Source of the DNA: Macrostomum lignano
Taxonomy: Eukaryota
DNA: 64,000 nucleotides
Direction of reading: 5' to 3'
Assembly: GCA_002269645.1 (NCBI GenBank)
Contig: NIVC01001655.1
Coordinates: 190,777 to 254,776, forward strand
This document shows positions 13,850-33,302 of this stretch, one piece after another. Position 1 is the stretch's first letter. Each line of letters starts with the position of its first letter. The position numbers and the translations under genes were made by a program. A model generated the notes under the pieces. It searched no databases. It saw only the letters and a program-made list of their open reading frames with translations, and was not told where the DNA came from.

Positions 13850-14270
13850 AAAACACCAAGGACCCACGGAATCTATGTGGGTCCTCGGTGTGAGATTTTG
13901 AATCTGTGTGGGTCTTTGTTACGAGATTTTGAATTTTTGTGGCTCTTTTATTGTGTGAGATTTTGAATCTCTGTGGCATTTTTGTGAGATTTTGAATCGG
14001 TGTGGGTCTTTAGTGTGAGATTTTGAATTTTTGTGGCTCTTTTGTGTGAGATTTTGAATTTTGTGGCTCTTTTGTGTGAGATTTTGAATCTGTATGGGTC
14101 TTTGGTGTGAGATTTTGAGCCTGTATGGGTCCTTGGTGTGAGATTTTGAATCTGTGGGTCCTTGGTGTGAGATTTTGAATCTGTGTGGGTCTTTGGTGTG
14201 AGATTTTGAATCTGTGTGGGTCTTTGGTGTGAGATTTTGAATCTGTGTGGGTCTTTGGTGTGAGATTTTG
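13850..14270. repeat. ~31-bp minisatellite (GTGAGATTTTGAATCTGTGTGGGTCTTTGGT)n
   Basis: Period of 31 (14167, 14198, ...). Confidence 0.9.
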
Positions 14271-14803
14271 TCGAAAATGTCTCAGTTTTAAGTCATTGAC
14301 AGACTTACCCTGTCGTATTCCTGATGGCGTTGGAAAATTATATTGCATGCAGCATTTTTACTACTTTTACGCACTTAACCAGTAGTAAAACCGTAACAGT
14401 TAATCAAGGCTCAGAAATATAGCTTTTCTAAATCGATAGATATGTATATTTAATTATCACGGTGGATTTAAGTGTCACCATATTTAAACAATTTTATGGT
14501 TTCGCAATATGAGCTAGAACATGTGATTCAATCCATTGATAGATACTCTTGGAAGTATTAAATTTTTGTGAAAAATATGTAATTTGTCTTGTACGTCAGG
14601 CTAAGATTATTTGTAATTATTATTTTGTTGTAATATTTAATTGTAATTTGCGCTGCGCTTTCGATTCGTCCAAAGTGATTTCAAATTCGTCAGCGCATGC
14701 AACACTATATAGCGCTCAAGAAGAAGAGAATTAATGTCTATGGTAGTTTTGTCGAGAGTTTCGATGGTCTTTCTAATCTTCGTCTAAGTGAGTTGAATTC
14801 GTC

Positions 14804-15520
14804 CAAAAAGTATTGAGGTCGCCTAGTATAGAGTGCCAATAAGGATGAAAATCTGAAGCCGATTTTTAGAATCCACCCACCCTCTCCGGTCACCAAGCTT
14901 TTTAGTCTATGGCACAAGTTGTGGCTAGAATGGTGTACAAAGCCGATGCTCAGAAATATACATAGAGTGCATGAGAAAAATACAAGTAGCTAATGTAGCT
15001 GGACGAATACCATGTATGCTTAAAACGTCCTCAAGACTTTATTTCTGTATCTATACTGTAACCGTACGTACGATCATTGCATTGTGTAAGGAGAAAAGGA
15101 AGTTGAGCAGGATTCTTGCAGCTGAGTCGGAAAGACAAAAACATAAGTGATAAGGCAGAGTGAAGGTCCTTGAAAGGCAGACGAAAGAAGGATACAGATG
15201 CACCAGAAACGCAGTTATTGCAATTAGCTACCGCGACTTTAGTGGCATGGCTGTTGTTGTTCAGACGTAAGGGCTATATGGCATGGCTGTTACGGAGTTG
15301 TGTATCGACGACGGCAACTGAGTCTGGTGACTGAGCAATGCAATTCTAGGTGTGAAATGTCTTATATTTCTGAGCATCGGCTTTGTACACCATTCTAGCC
15401 ACAACTTGTGCCATAGACTAAAAAGCTTGGTGACCGGAGGGGGTGGGTGGATTCTAAAAATCGGCTTCAGATTTTCATCCATGATTGGCACTCTATACTA
15501 GGCGACCTCAATACTCTTTG
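14804..15520. mobile_element. 717-bp non-autonomous TIR element with ~160-bp TIRs and 8-bp TSD (P- or hAT-superfamily)
   Basis: 14804-~14960 is the near-perfect reverse complement of ~15363-15520. Termini CAAAAAGTATT...AATACTCTTTG. AATTCGTC is duplicated at 14796-14803 and 15521-15528. Confidence 0.85.
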
Positions 15521-15885
15521 AATTCGTCCCTGCAACATGTGTATAAGTATAAGATATTCTATGGGTTTGAGGTCGGTATGTGATTAAATCCCGAGAGCCG
15601 AAGGCCGAGGGATTTAAGTGAAATACCGACCGAAAAACACATAGAATATCTTATTTAAACTACTTTAATTTTGCGGGATGTATTCAGATAAATCCCGGAG
15701 CCATACTTGTATGTCTATGGTTGAAGTTGGGGATGGGGTGTGGGGGCGAAGCCCCTGCTGGGGGTGTGGGGGCGAAGCCCCCACATTCTTACCATAGACA
15801 AGGACCATAGACCTAACTTATGCATTGTGAGGCAAGACAATTACATGTAGTCAGCAGGAGTAAAATGAACAAGTCTCCTCTCAGC

Positions 15886-17718
15886 CTACGAGTGCCAGGC
15901 TCGAAAGCAGTCAGGGATGCACAAGCTGGGCTGACCCGGGCACTGCTGACAGACGAAGACGGTACGTTTGGTGATGCCATTGCGATAGCAGACTCTGCAG
16001 TGACGTGCAGGCCGCTGGTTACCAGGTGTGGCAGGCAGCTTACTGGGCAAGTGAACAGCATCGGCAACAGGACGCGATGGGTGGTCGCACCGTCTTTTTC
16101 CAGGCCCTGAGCTGTCTATCAGGGCAACGATCAGTTGTTCCATGAACTTCAGAAAAGTCAGTGAGCCGCCGGAGTGCCGGAACAAAATCCAGGCATTGTG
16201 CGACAGCTGCAACAGAAAATAAACTCCGAGCCAGGGACTACTCAAACACCGGGACGGGAAACTAGGAATTTTTTACGAGGCTGGTCTTTTATCAGCAGTA
16301 GAAAATAACCATAGACAACAAAGTAACACAGCATCTCTCTAATGCAAATAATTGCCAGCCAGCCTCGTAAAAAATTTTAGTTTCCCGTCCCGGTGTTTGA
16401 GTAGTCCCTGCTCCGAGCTTCTGGTGCCAGCGGTACATTTTTCTGCTTGGGTGGTCGGGCTGCAGCGCAGAGTCAAGGCGATCGACACCACCCATGGACT
16501 TGGAGTAGTCCGTCACAGTCACCGGCTTTCGAACGACCTCCATTTGTCCACCTCGTCTGTACCGTTGTCGCGCAGAGCTCTGGGCCGTACCGAAGGTGTC
16601 AAGCAGGTAGACTGTCTTAATACCGCTTGCTTTTCTGTCTGTCAGCTTCACTGCCAAAACATCACCGCTTCGCATGTAGCAGTAGTGGGATGAAGGCACT
16701 GCTGGCATCTGCCGGAGCTCAACTGGAATGCCGCGGTCACAGCGAATGGTGCCTGTTAGTAAGGTATTGTGAGCTAGTAGAAACTCGACCAGTCGTCGGG
16801 AGGAGAAATAACTGTCAACAAACACCCTGTAGCCAAAATTTAGCAGGTCCTTTGACAGCTCCACCACTATTCGCTCGCTGACGGACAGGTTGCAGTCGAC
16901 GAATTTGCTGCCAAACTGCTGTTTTCCTCAGCTGTCTAATTAACGAGGACGTTTCATAAGTAACCGGTCTTAGAGTCACAAAGACAATAGGTCTTAATTC
17001 CATATCTAGCCCGCTTGCTGGGTATATTCTGTTTGAACGCTAGTCGTCCTTTGTGCTGAACAAGCTCCTCGTCAACAGCGATGTCCCTGTCAGGCTGAAA
17101 ATTCTGCTGACAAACTTCCTTTACTGAGTTCAAGAACGGGCGGATTTTGCGAAGCGGATCGTCATTATCACCAACGCGACAGTCGTAGAACCTCAGAAAA
17201 GATAAGATTTGCTGGAACCGGTTTCGAGACAGGCAGTTTTCACTCAGGAACAACTGGTTGTCATAAAACTTACCAGTGGCCCAGTTTATCTCTGGCTTGC
17301 GCACGATTCCCATGTAAAATATTATTGCGATGGTCTTTCTTATCTCATCATCTGCACAGTCTCTCCAATCGGTCAATCTCGGTGGCAGCTGCTGGTCATC
17401 CTCTTCGTTTCTCAAAGATTCGCAGCTCCTCCCATGCGCGAGCATTGGTGAATTCTTTCAAATGACTAATCATGTCCTTCGTGAATAAGTTGAAAAAGAG
17501 TAACGGCTCATTAGCTGGTGCCTGAACGCCAGGATTCCTACCGTGGACCCGAGATTAATCGAGATGTCATCTTCTCCGTCGTTGACAATTGTCCATTCGT
17601 TTTCCTCATCCTAAATCTCCAAAGTTGGCTCCTCATTTACTTCAATAACTGAGTCCTGATCTGACTCAGTCGATGAGCTGTTAGACTCGTCGCTTGTAAG
17701 AAGTTGATGAAGACTCAT
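15886..17718 (-). pseudogene. piggyBac (PGBD4-like, DDE_Tnp_1_7) transposase pseudogene
   Basis: Acidic N-terminus from ATG 17718; LSRNRFQQILSFLRF; IAVDEELV..KGRLAFKQNIPSKRARYGIK; VFVDSYFSS; GGVDRLD; C-terminal CRVC...CQQC...LC...CF..WH cysteine-rich domain. Contains stops, frameshifts and a MITE insertion. Confidence 0.92.
16232..16410. mobile_element. 179-bp hAT-type MITE inserted in the piggyBac ORF
   Basis: TIRs of ~53 bp, CAGGGACTACTCAAACACCGGG...CCCGGTGTTTGAGTAGTCCCTG. 8-bp TSD CTCCGAGC (16224-16231, 16411-16418). Removing the element and one TSD restores RWHQKLGVYFLLQLSHNAW in frame. Confidence 0.92.
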
Positions 17719-20700
17719 TATTACTTATCCGTCGAAATAGCAAATTATATGACAATTCTTCTTAAAATTAAGAGATAAACAATCTAGATTGAATGCAAAT
17801 GAGAAAAATCTTACTAGGTATAGTGATACAGTATGAGGAAGGAAGGGCAGAAGCAGTCCACAGTGATAGGTTCTGTGGCTGAAACCCCAAAGCAGGGACA
17901 GAGTGTTCCAAACACACTCTCTCAAGTAACGGGTTTTGGCGATGTTAAAGCAGCTCTATTATTTTACATAGCAGTAGTCTATGGTCAGCCCTGCTGACCA
18001 ATACGGGTTTTCGTTTAATGTAGAGAAAAAGCACGGTATGGCTCTCGGCTCTCGGGATCACAGATAATAAATACCTGTATTTAGTATCTGTGCTCGGGAT
18101 TTAATCACATACCGACCTCAAACCCACAGAATATCTTATACTTAAACCACTTTAAAGTTACTATTCCGGGCCATAGATTTTTATTTTGCGGGATTTAAGA
18201 GAACAAATTCCCGGATATATTACGGGATTGCTGCAAGTTAAACAAGTTAAACAAATAACACATGGTGACGCGAATTACGCAAAATTGCACAAAATTACGT
18301 GAGAAAATTGAAAAAAATTGGGCAAGAATTGCGCAATAATTGCACTCAAATTGTTCATTAAGTGCAATAAAATTACACGAAATCACGCTTAAAATTACAA
18401 TTTAATTGAGCATAAAATTGCAATTCAAGAGCTTAGAAATTGCCGTTGGAGTGGCACTTCAGAATATTGATACGCTCGTATTATAGTGCAGGTAAATTTT
18501 AAGACTTCCCAAATTTAGCACTCGATCTGCAATTTTCATTATATCTGCTCAGAATTGAACCCAGAAAAGTAATTAAGACACTAAAAACCACCGGTGTTAT
18601 TTCGGAATACATTAAATTTTGCAATTTTTCAATAAGATGTTATAATCATTTTTCAATCCAATACATTTCATTGTAATTTTTTATTTCACTTTACTACATA
18701 TTAAAAAATAAAACTACAAACAGATACTAAATATAAACCTTTATGGGCAAAAAACGATGCATAAGATACAAGAAAATACTTGCATAGATTAGTAAAAATT
18801 ATTATTATTAAAATATTACTATTTAACTATTTAGAAAAATTATTATTAAACCATTAATAAGCACACTGAACATTGAAACTAATTGAAAAATTCTTTTACA
18901 TTTGAAGTGCAAAAGCGTTCTAAATAAACATAATTTATTAGTTAAATAATATTTTAACTTTCAGGGGTGCTGGCTGCATCAGCATGTTTATCTAAGCAGT
19001 TAAAACTTTAAAGATGAAGCCTTTTACACATCTATGATGAAGCTTTTGGATACTTTTAAGTTCAAAACCTTTCTAGATTCCGAAATGAGACTTTCTAAGA
19101 ACCCACAGGTAATTATTTTGTAGAATTGAATATTTAAAAAAAGATCCCAGATAAAGTTAGGATTCACTTTTCGCTTATTTATAATTTTTTATCGCCTTTC
19201 CATGATCTTACTTAGACATTACTTTTTAAGGCTACCCAACATTGCCAGCCTGAAGCTCGTTAGAGCTTCCAGAAGTCAATTACAGTGATTACCTTGCAGT
19301 GATTTAGTGATTGCTTATTTAATGTTATTCCTATAGGCTATAACTGATACTTAATGGTTTCCAGTATTGTCTTTCTTACGCTTGCCAGAAATGTCACGAA
19401 ACATTTGATTTAACGATGCTCGCACAGATCTCCAGTTGTAGGCTGCAAACCATTCGGACAAAACAGCTCAAAGCTCCTCGACAGATTGCTCGTCCATCGC
19501 AATGCGCTCCGTTAAGCCATTCAGCTCAATAATTGCAGAAATGCAATACTCCTCACCGAAGCGTCAAAGAACGTACTTTATGTACATTGGAGTTTATGTA
19601 CATTGGCCCGCTATGAGAATTCGATTTAGGAAACTATAGAAGCACAAACTCGAAAGGCAATGGTTGGTCAAATTTGTCTGCAGCATGCCTTCGCTTTTGT
19701 GTGTTCATTTCTTGGCATGAAGAGAAACACAATTGAGTATTGAGTTGAAGTTGCACTGCTTTATAATTATAAAAGAGTATTATATTATAAATAATAATTA
19801 TAAAATAATGATATAATTAATAATTATAAAATAATTATATAATTAATAATTATAAAATAATTATAAAATTAATAATTATAAAATAATTATAATAGATTAT
19901 AAAAACAAAGTAGCTTTTTGAGCCACTTATTTTATTTATTTATATAGATTTCATTTTAGAATTTTGGCATACCATTAATTTGTATATGGAATCATAAAAT
20001 ATTATTTTGAAAACTTGCAACCAAGATTTTCATAAAACAATCTAGATATAGTGATATGATATATAGTCTAACAGACAATATATCAATAGAAGCCAAAATA
20101 TTAAATACCTTAAAATAGTAGCTAATTAGTAAACAGAAGCTATACAAATGATTATACGCTCATAGCTAGGCCTAGTCATTAAGTCATTGATTAAGTTAGT
20201 AATCTAGTATATACCTACTTACTCAACTATCTTTTGCATATATTATGCTGTACCATTTAATAACCTGATAAGCTTCAGTTTGACTTTTAGACAATACATC
20301 AATTAATTTAATTAGAAAAAAGTAAATGTTTTTAAAATAGCTATAGGCCTAGCTACTAAGCTACATTAATTAAAAACCTATTTGTAGGCCTAGCTAATTG
20401 CCTATTAAACAATGATGTTCAATTTCATGCTTCACTAATTTAATTTAATGTATAGCTCCTATAAATAGTAGAGCTACTAAAATAATTTTGAATTGAAATA
20501 CATAATGTAATGACCAATGACAATGTAATTACAATTAAAGTATAACTTATTAATACAAAATTTTAGTCTACAAAGTGCCACTGCAGTATTAAAATTAATT
20601 GTATGCACTTGCCTGATACTGAGAGAGCTCTAGTCCTAGATATAAGAAAATGATAGAAAAGTATAATTACATGTATGAAACTAAAAAATAAAGTTCAAAT

Positions 20701-22039
20701 ACAGAGTTGACAAAACATTAACAATGACATAGTACATAGACAATTGGTAGCTTTTAGTATTTTATAAAAGGAGCTATGAAAAATGAATTGGACAAACTCC
20801 AATAATGCTAGCTAGACTAGTCAATACTTATTAGTAATAGCTAGCAATAATAGGACTAGAATTAGATAAACTAAAAAACTTTTTTTGAGTTTTACAATCT
20901 TAAGTCAAGACTACAAGAGTAAATAGCAAGGCTAAGTTCTTGTCATTTACGATAAGTGAAAAGCAAGTGGCATTACTAGCCTTCAATTTCAATTACAATG
21001 ATAAAAAAAGCTAGTAAAAACAACAAAGGAGAAGGCAACAACAACAAGCAAGAGCAAGAAAGCAGCAATACGTCGACCAATATGGAGCAATAAGGCGCGC
21101 TGCTTTTTAAATTTAGCAAAGTTGTTACACTTTTAAACAAAAAATTCCTAAAATGGTAGATACACTTTCTATTGAATATACAAAGCAGATAGATTTCTAA
21201 GAAAAATCAATTTTATTTGTTTGTAAGAATTTAGAACACTTTAAATTTGTTCAGGGAGTCGTGAAAATGCAGTCATGTAAGTACAACTTATTTTGTGCAT
21301 ATTTGCAGCTTATATAAATCATTTTATACCTCAATTTCGAAGACTTTGTCTATACTATGCTTCAATATATTGCAATTCATTTTCTGTACTCGTCAGAATC
21401 TGCATGTAATCGTTAAAAAATAATTTCTTTTGGCAATCTACATGTAATAGATGCGATGTAAATGTACCAGTAGCAAGGATATTTTTTATCTACTACTATA
21501 CAAGTAATATTTAAAGCATATTTGAAATTGAAAAAATTGCAATATTCTTTGCAATGCGATTGCAAGAATTTCACTTTCTTGATATGTCTTTAACACTACT
21601 TACATAAGCATCTAAAGCGCACATGAAAGTTGAGAAAATTGCAAGTTCTATGAGAAAGAAATTGCAATTAAGTCAATTATTGTGAATAAAATTGCAAGTT
21701 TCAAATTTTTTCCTCAATTTCGGGTATCATGTGAACTTTAGCCATAGAAAAAAATCAAATAGGTAGACATAGAAAATCGCTAAATTAGTTTAGTACATTA
21801 TAAATGCACTTCAGCTATAGATTTCGTCAGGAGTCTGAAGCTCTTGTGCGTTCCATTAGTGATGGGGCGGAGATTCTGGAGCTCTTGTGCGCTAAATTAG
21901 TTTAGTGCAATATAGCTTGCACTCCAGTTATTTATTTCGTTCCTAGAGCAATCGTTAGTGCATACCCAAATTATTTGTTGATGGTTACAGTGCAGTCCTT
22001 GAAATTGAAATTAATCGATTGGGCTGGGCCCATATTATT

Positions 22040-23205
22040 ATTATGAATGACGTTCTCCAAACGTTTTTTCGATTTGGACATCTGACGTTTATTTGTAGGA
22101 TCGCAGTGAAGTTATACTTCGATGTCCACTGTTCTCTCCATGATGGGTTTTTCATCCACGTCTGTCTGGTACAAACGATTGGCACATTTTGCACGCAGGC
22201 TGTGATTTAGTCACTCGACGTCCACCGATTCCTGCCTTGGTGCCCATTTCACTCATGAATCCGCAAAACGTGTTTTTGCCGTCTATGGGTTTTTCAGTCG
22301 GTATTACACTTGAATCCCGAGAGCCTATTTCCATCAGCCTAGTGCAGCTACAATAGATCTTGGTCTAAGATAAAATTTTATGTCATGATGGTCAGTCGGA
22401 AAATGTGATGTCCATGTCCATGTCTTGTTTTTTGTTAATTTTCTATGGTACTTGCATTCCGACCAGTTGCTCATAGTTTCAGAGTAGTGACAGTTGAGAA
22501 AACTTTCAAAGAATATTTTAAAGACATTGGATATTGTCATAATTTTTAGGGCATGCCTGCATTTTCAGGCCATCAATGTGGCAATTCTTGTCTCGAATGG
22601 TCTATGACATTTTTATTTCAGTAGACGGAACACAAACAAGCAACAGAACAAAACATGCGCATACAATGTGTTTTTAAAGACAAGTTAGTCAACAGTTAGT
22701 CAATTGAGTTGCCGTTAATGCGCCAATCGTCCATTGTTCATCGTTCATTATCAGACATTGGGTCCGCTAGTTGTTCAGGCCTTTAAAATCAAACGTAAAA
22801 TTTTGAAATGGGCCAGAAAAATTGACACTGGTTTAGACAGAAGAAGCGATGCAGTACTGCTCGAATGCAGATCAGACTTGCTAGAGCATAGTACAGATTG
22901 TCCTTTGTTCTCGGTCTCAATAGAAGAAGAGCAAATAATTAGCCAAAATAGGCTTTGGAATTAGTAATAGATAAGTTGACAGCTTGTTATCTTCCAGAAA
23001 TCTCTTAAAAACGGTTTATATTGTCCTCCATCTGCCGAACAGAAGAATCGCGTATACCATCGCGTTCATTTAGGTCTTCAATCACGTCGTCTGGAATGTC
23101 GAGAATCTCTTCTGATTCGATCTTGTCCGGGAATTCCTTGCTCAATTCCTCCAAATACCGCCTGTTTGACTCCGCTGAAATCCAGGCCAGCTCTTCGGTC
23201 GACAT
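22040..23205 (-). pseudogene. Crypton-type tyrosine recombinase (DUF3504-like) remnant
   Basis: Frameshifted pieces read DIPDDVIEDLNE...SSVRQMEDNINRF-KRFLE...LANYLLFFY-LRPRTKDNLYYALASLICIRAVLHRFF, then FYLRP, GKNTFCGFMSEMGTKAGIGGRRVT-NHSLRA...RLY...DEKPIMERT-GHRSITSLRSY. These include the HxxR, GH and Tyr catalytic motifs. Confidence 0.8.
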
Positions 23206-23431
23206 ACCAGATACAACTTATCCAGGCAAATTTGAACAATTGATTAAGTGATTGATCATGTTTGAAGCATGGTGAGAGCATGCGAACAAATTAAAATTTA
23301 TCCTGACATTCTTTTTCCTTTTACAGTGAATCTAAGCCCATAAATACCTATGCCTATATGTCTATGGTACTAAAATTGACAAATGAGGAGAAAGAATGGC
23401 CATAGACACTTAAAACTTCTTGTATGTTACA

Positions 23432-24020
23432 ACCAAGGACCACTAGAAGAAGAAGGACGGCGGGACACTTCGTTTCTTGGAAAATTTATTAAAGGCTAAT
23501 TTTCACGGAAAAATGCACTAGCGAGATAGGAACTTTTCACTTTTTTCACTTTAAAATTGTGATAGCTTTTTATTGGAAGCAGATACAAAGCTCTTCTTTT
23601 GATATAACTTACAAGAAATGTTGCTTTAACAGATTTTATAAAGATTTTTTAACAATTAATTGATCTTCATATTATTTTAGTTACTAGCTATATCATGTAG
23701 CAATTATAGTTTAAAGCTAACTAGTGACTAACTTGAATTTTACAACATCTTTTTAATCGAATGCATCTATTTATTAGCAATATATCATTAAAAAACAGTT
23801 GGCTATAATTATATGCATAGCTAGTATAGCTAAGGTATAGCTACATAATTAAATGCTTATTTTAGCTATATGAAAAGTATAAAACTAAAATGAATAAGCA
23901 GTGAATTGGGCATATAATTATAGCCAGCTATCTCGCAAGTGCATTTTCCGTGAAAATCAGCCTTTATAAATTTTCCAAGAAACGAAGTGTCCCGTCCTTC
24001 TTCTTCTAGTGGTCCTTGGT
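23432..24020. mobile_element. 589-bp non-autonomous TIR element with ~95-bp TIRs and putative 4-bp TSD TACA
   Basis: ACCAAGGACCACTAGAAGAAGAAGGAC... at 23432 mirrors ...GTCCTTCTTCTTCTAGTGGTCCTTGGT ending at 24020. TACA lies at 23428-23431 and 24021-24024. Confidence 0.8.
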
Positions 24021-24624
24021 TACAACACAGAGCCCGGAATTTTCGACATTGACGCCCGGACTTTTCTCACATTATGACAATATTATAAACATTAATTACT
24101 TTTGCTATATAATGTTATATTCTACATGTAAATCCACTGAATATTATAGACACTGAGTGTTCTAAAGACACGGAATATTCTATAGACACTGAATATTCTA
24201 AAAATATGAACAAATTCTTCGCAATTTGTAATAAGATCGAAGTACGAAGCATATGTAATTAAGATCCTAAATTTCAATATCAAGGAGGTTTAATAAAATT
24301 GAAGAAATAATTTCATTCCAAATTTACATTAAAAATTTGAATTTACTTGACGTACATGTAGCTATTTCTTAAAAAGCAGTGGTTTGGGCAACTTACTGCA
24401 GAAACAAATGGATGAGGTTACAAGAAAAATTTAACGATTTTTGTGTGTGAGAGAGAGAGAGAGAGAGCAATATTTGGTGGGGTGATTGCAGCGGCCGGGG
24501 CGGGGCGCCACCGTGTAAAAAAAATAGAAAACTTTTTTGTCTCGCCAATTCTTTTTGCTTGGGTTTTCCAGGATTTTTCAGCATAGTGTCCTTTCACATC
24601 ATCCGGCCATTGTCCGTGCACTGC

Positions 24625-32733
<8,109 letters not shown>

Positions 32734-33302
32734 AATAACCAAAAAGTTATTTCAGAGTTGAAGCTTGAGCACAGTGTCACAGCTTTATTTACTTGAGTTG
32801 TTTTTGTGGTATTTTTTATGGTATTACCAATTGAGCAAACAATCCACCCCTGTGATCAGACCGTTTGCCCGTCTGTCTGAGAGTTTTATTTCGCCGCGTC
32901 GAGCTGTTGTGACGTAAAGGCTAAATTTACCACTCGAATTAAATGCCGTCTCAACACATGCTGCTATGTATATGCACAGCTTGGCCTAGCAGTGTTTGCC
33001 TATTTCTACCAAGTGCTGCTTCGATTTTTTATTCATCTGAGCTGATAACGCGAGCTGTAGGCAAAAAAAGCAAGCAAAGGATTTTTCTCTCGCCGCTGAT
33101 AAAACAGCATTTGTTATCGGCTGCACTAAGAAACAGCCGCCGTAGCTAGCCGAGCAATTTACATGCAGTTGGCATGCATGTAACATGAGCTTTAACTGTT
33201 CGTCTAAATCGTCGGGTATCGTAGCTTTTCAAGTAACTTACTGCAACTTTTCTGCCCCCCCCCCCCAGCAAGGGAGATTAGTACAAATCAGAGTGTGTGC
33301 AC

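Larger units (their letters stand above)
15545..18143. repeat. 51-bp inverted repeats bracketing the piggyBac region
   Basis: 15545-15595 versus the reverse complement of 18093-18143: 1 mismatch in 51. The left copy is also the arm of a ~115-bp hairpin (15548-15653). Confidence 0.8.

Noticed and set aside
19370-19610. Minus-strand coding-like remnant (PMYIKYVL*RFGEEYC...EWFAAYNW)
   Set aside because: Contains stops and I cannot assign a family; possibly old transposon debris.
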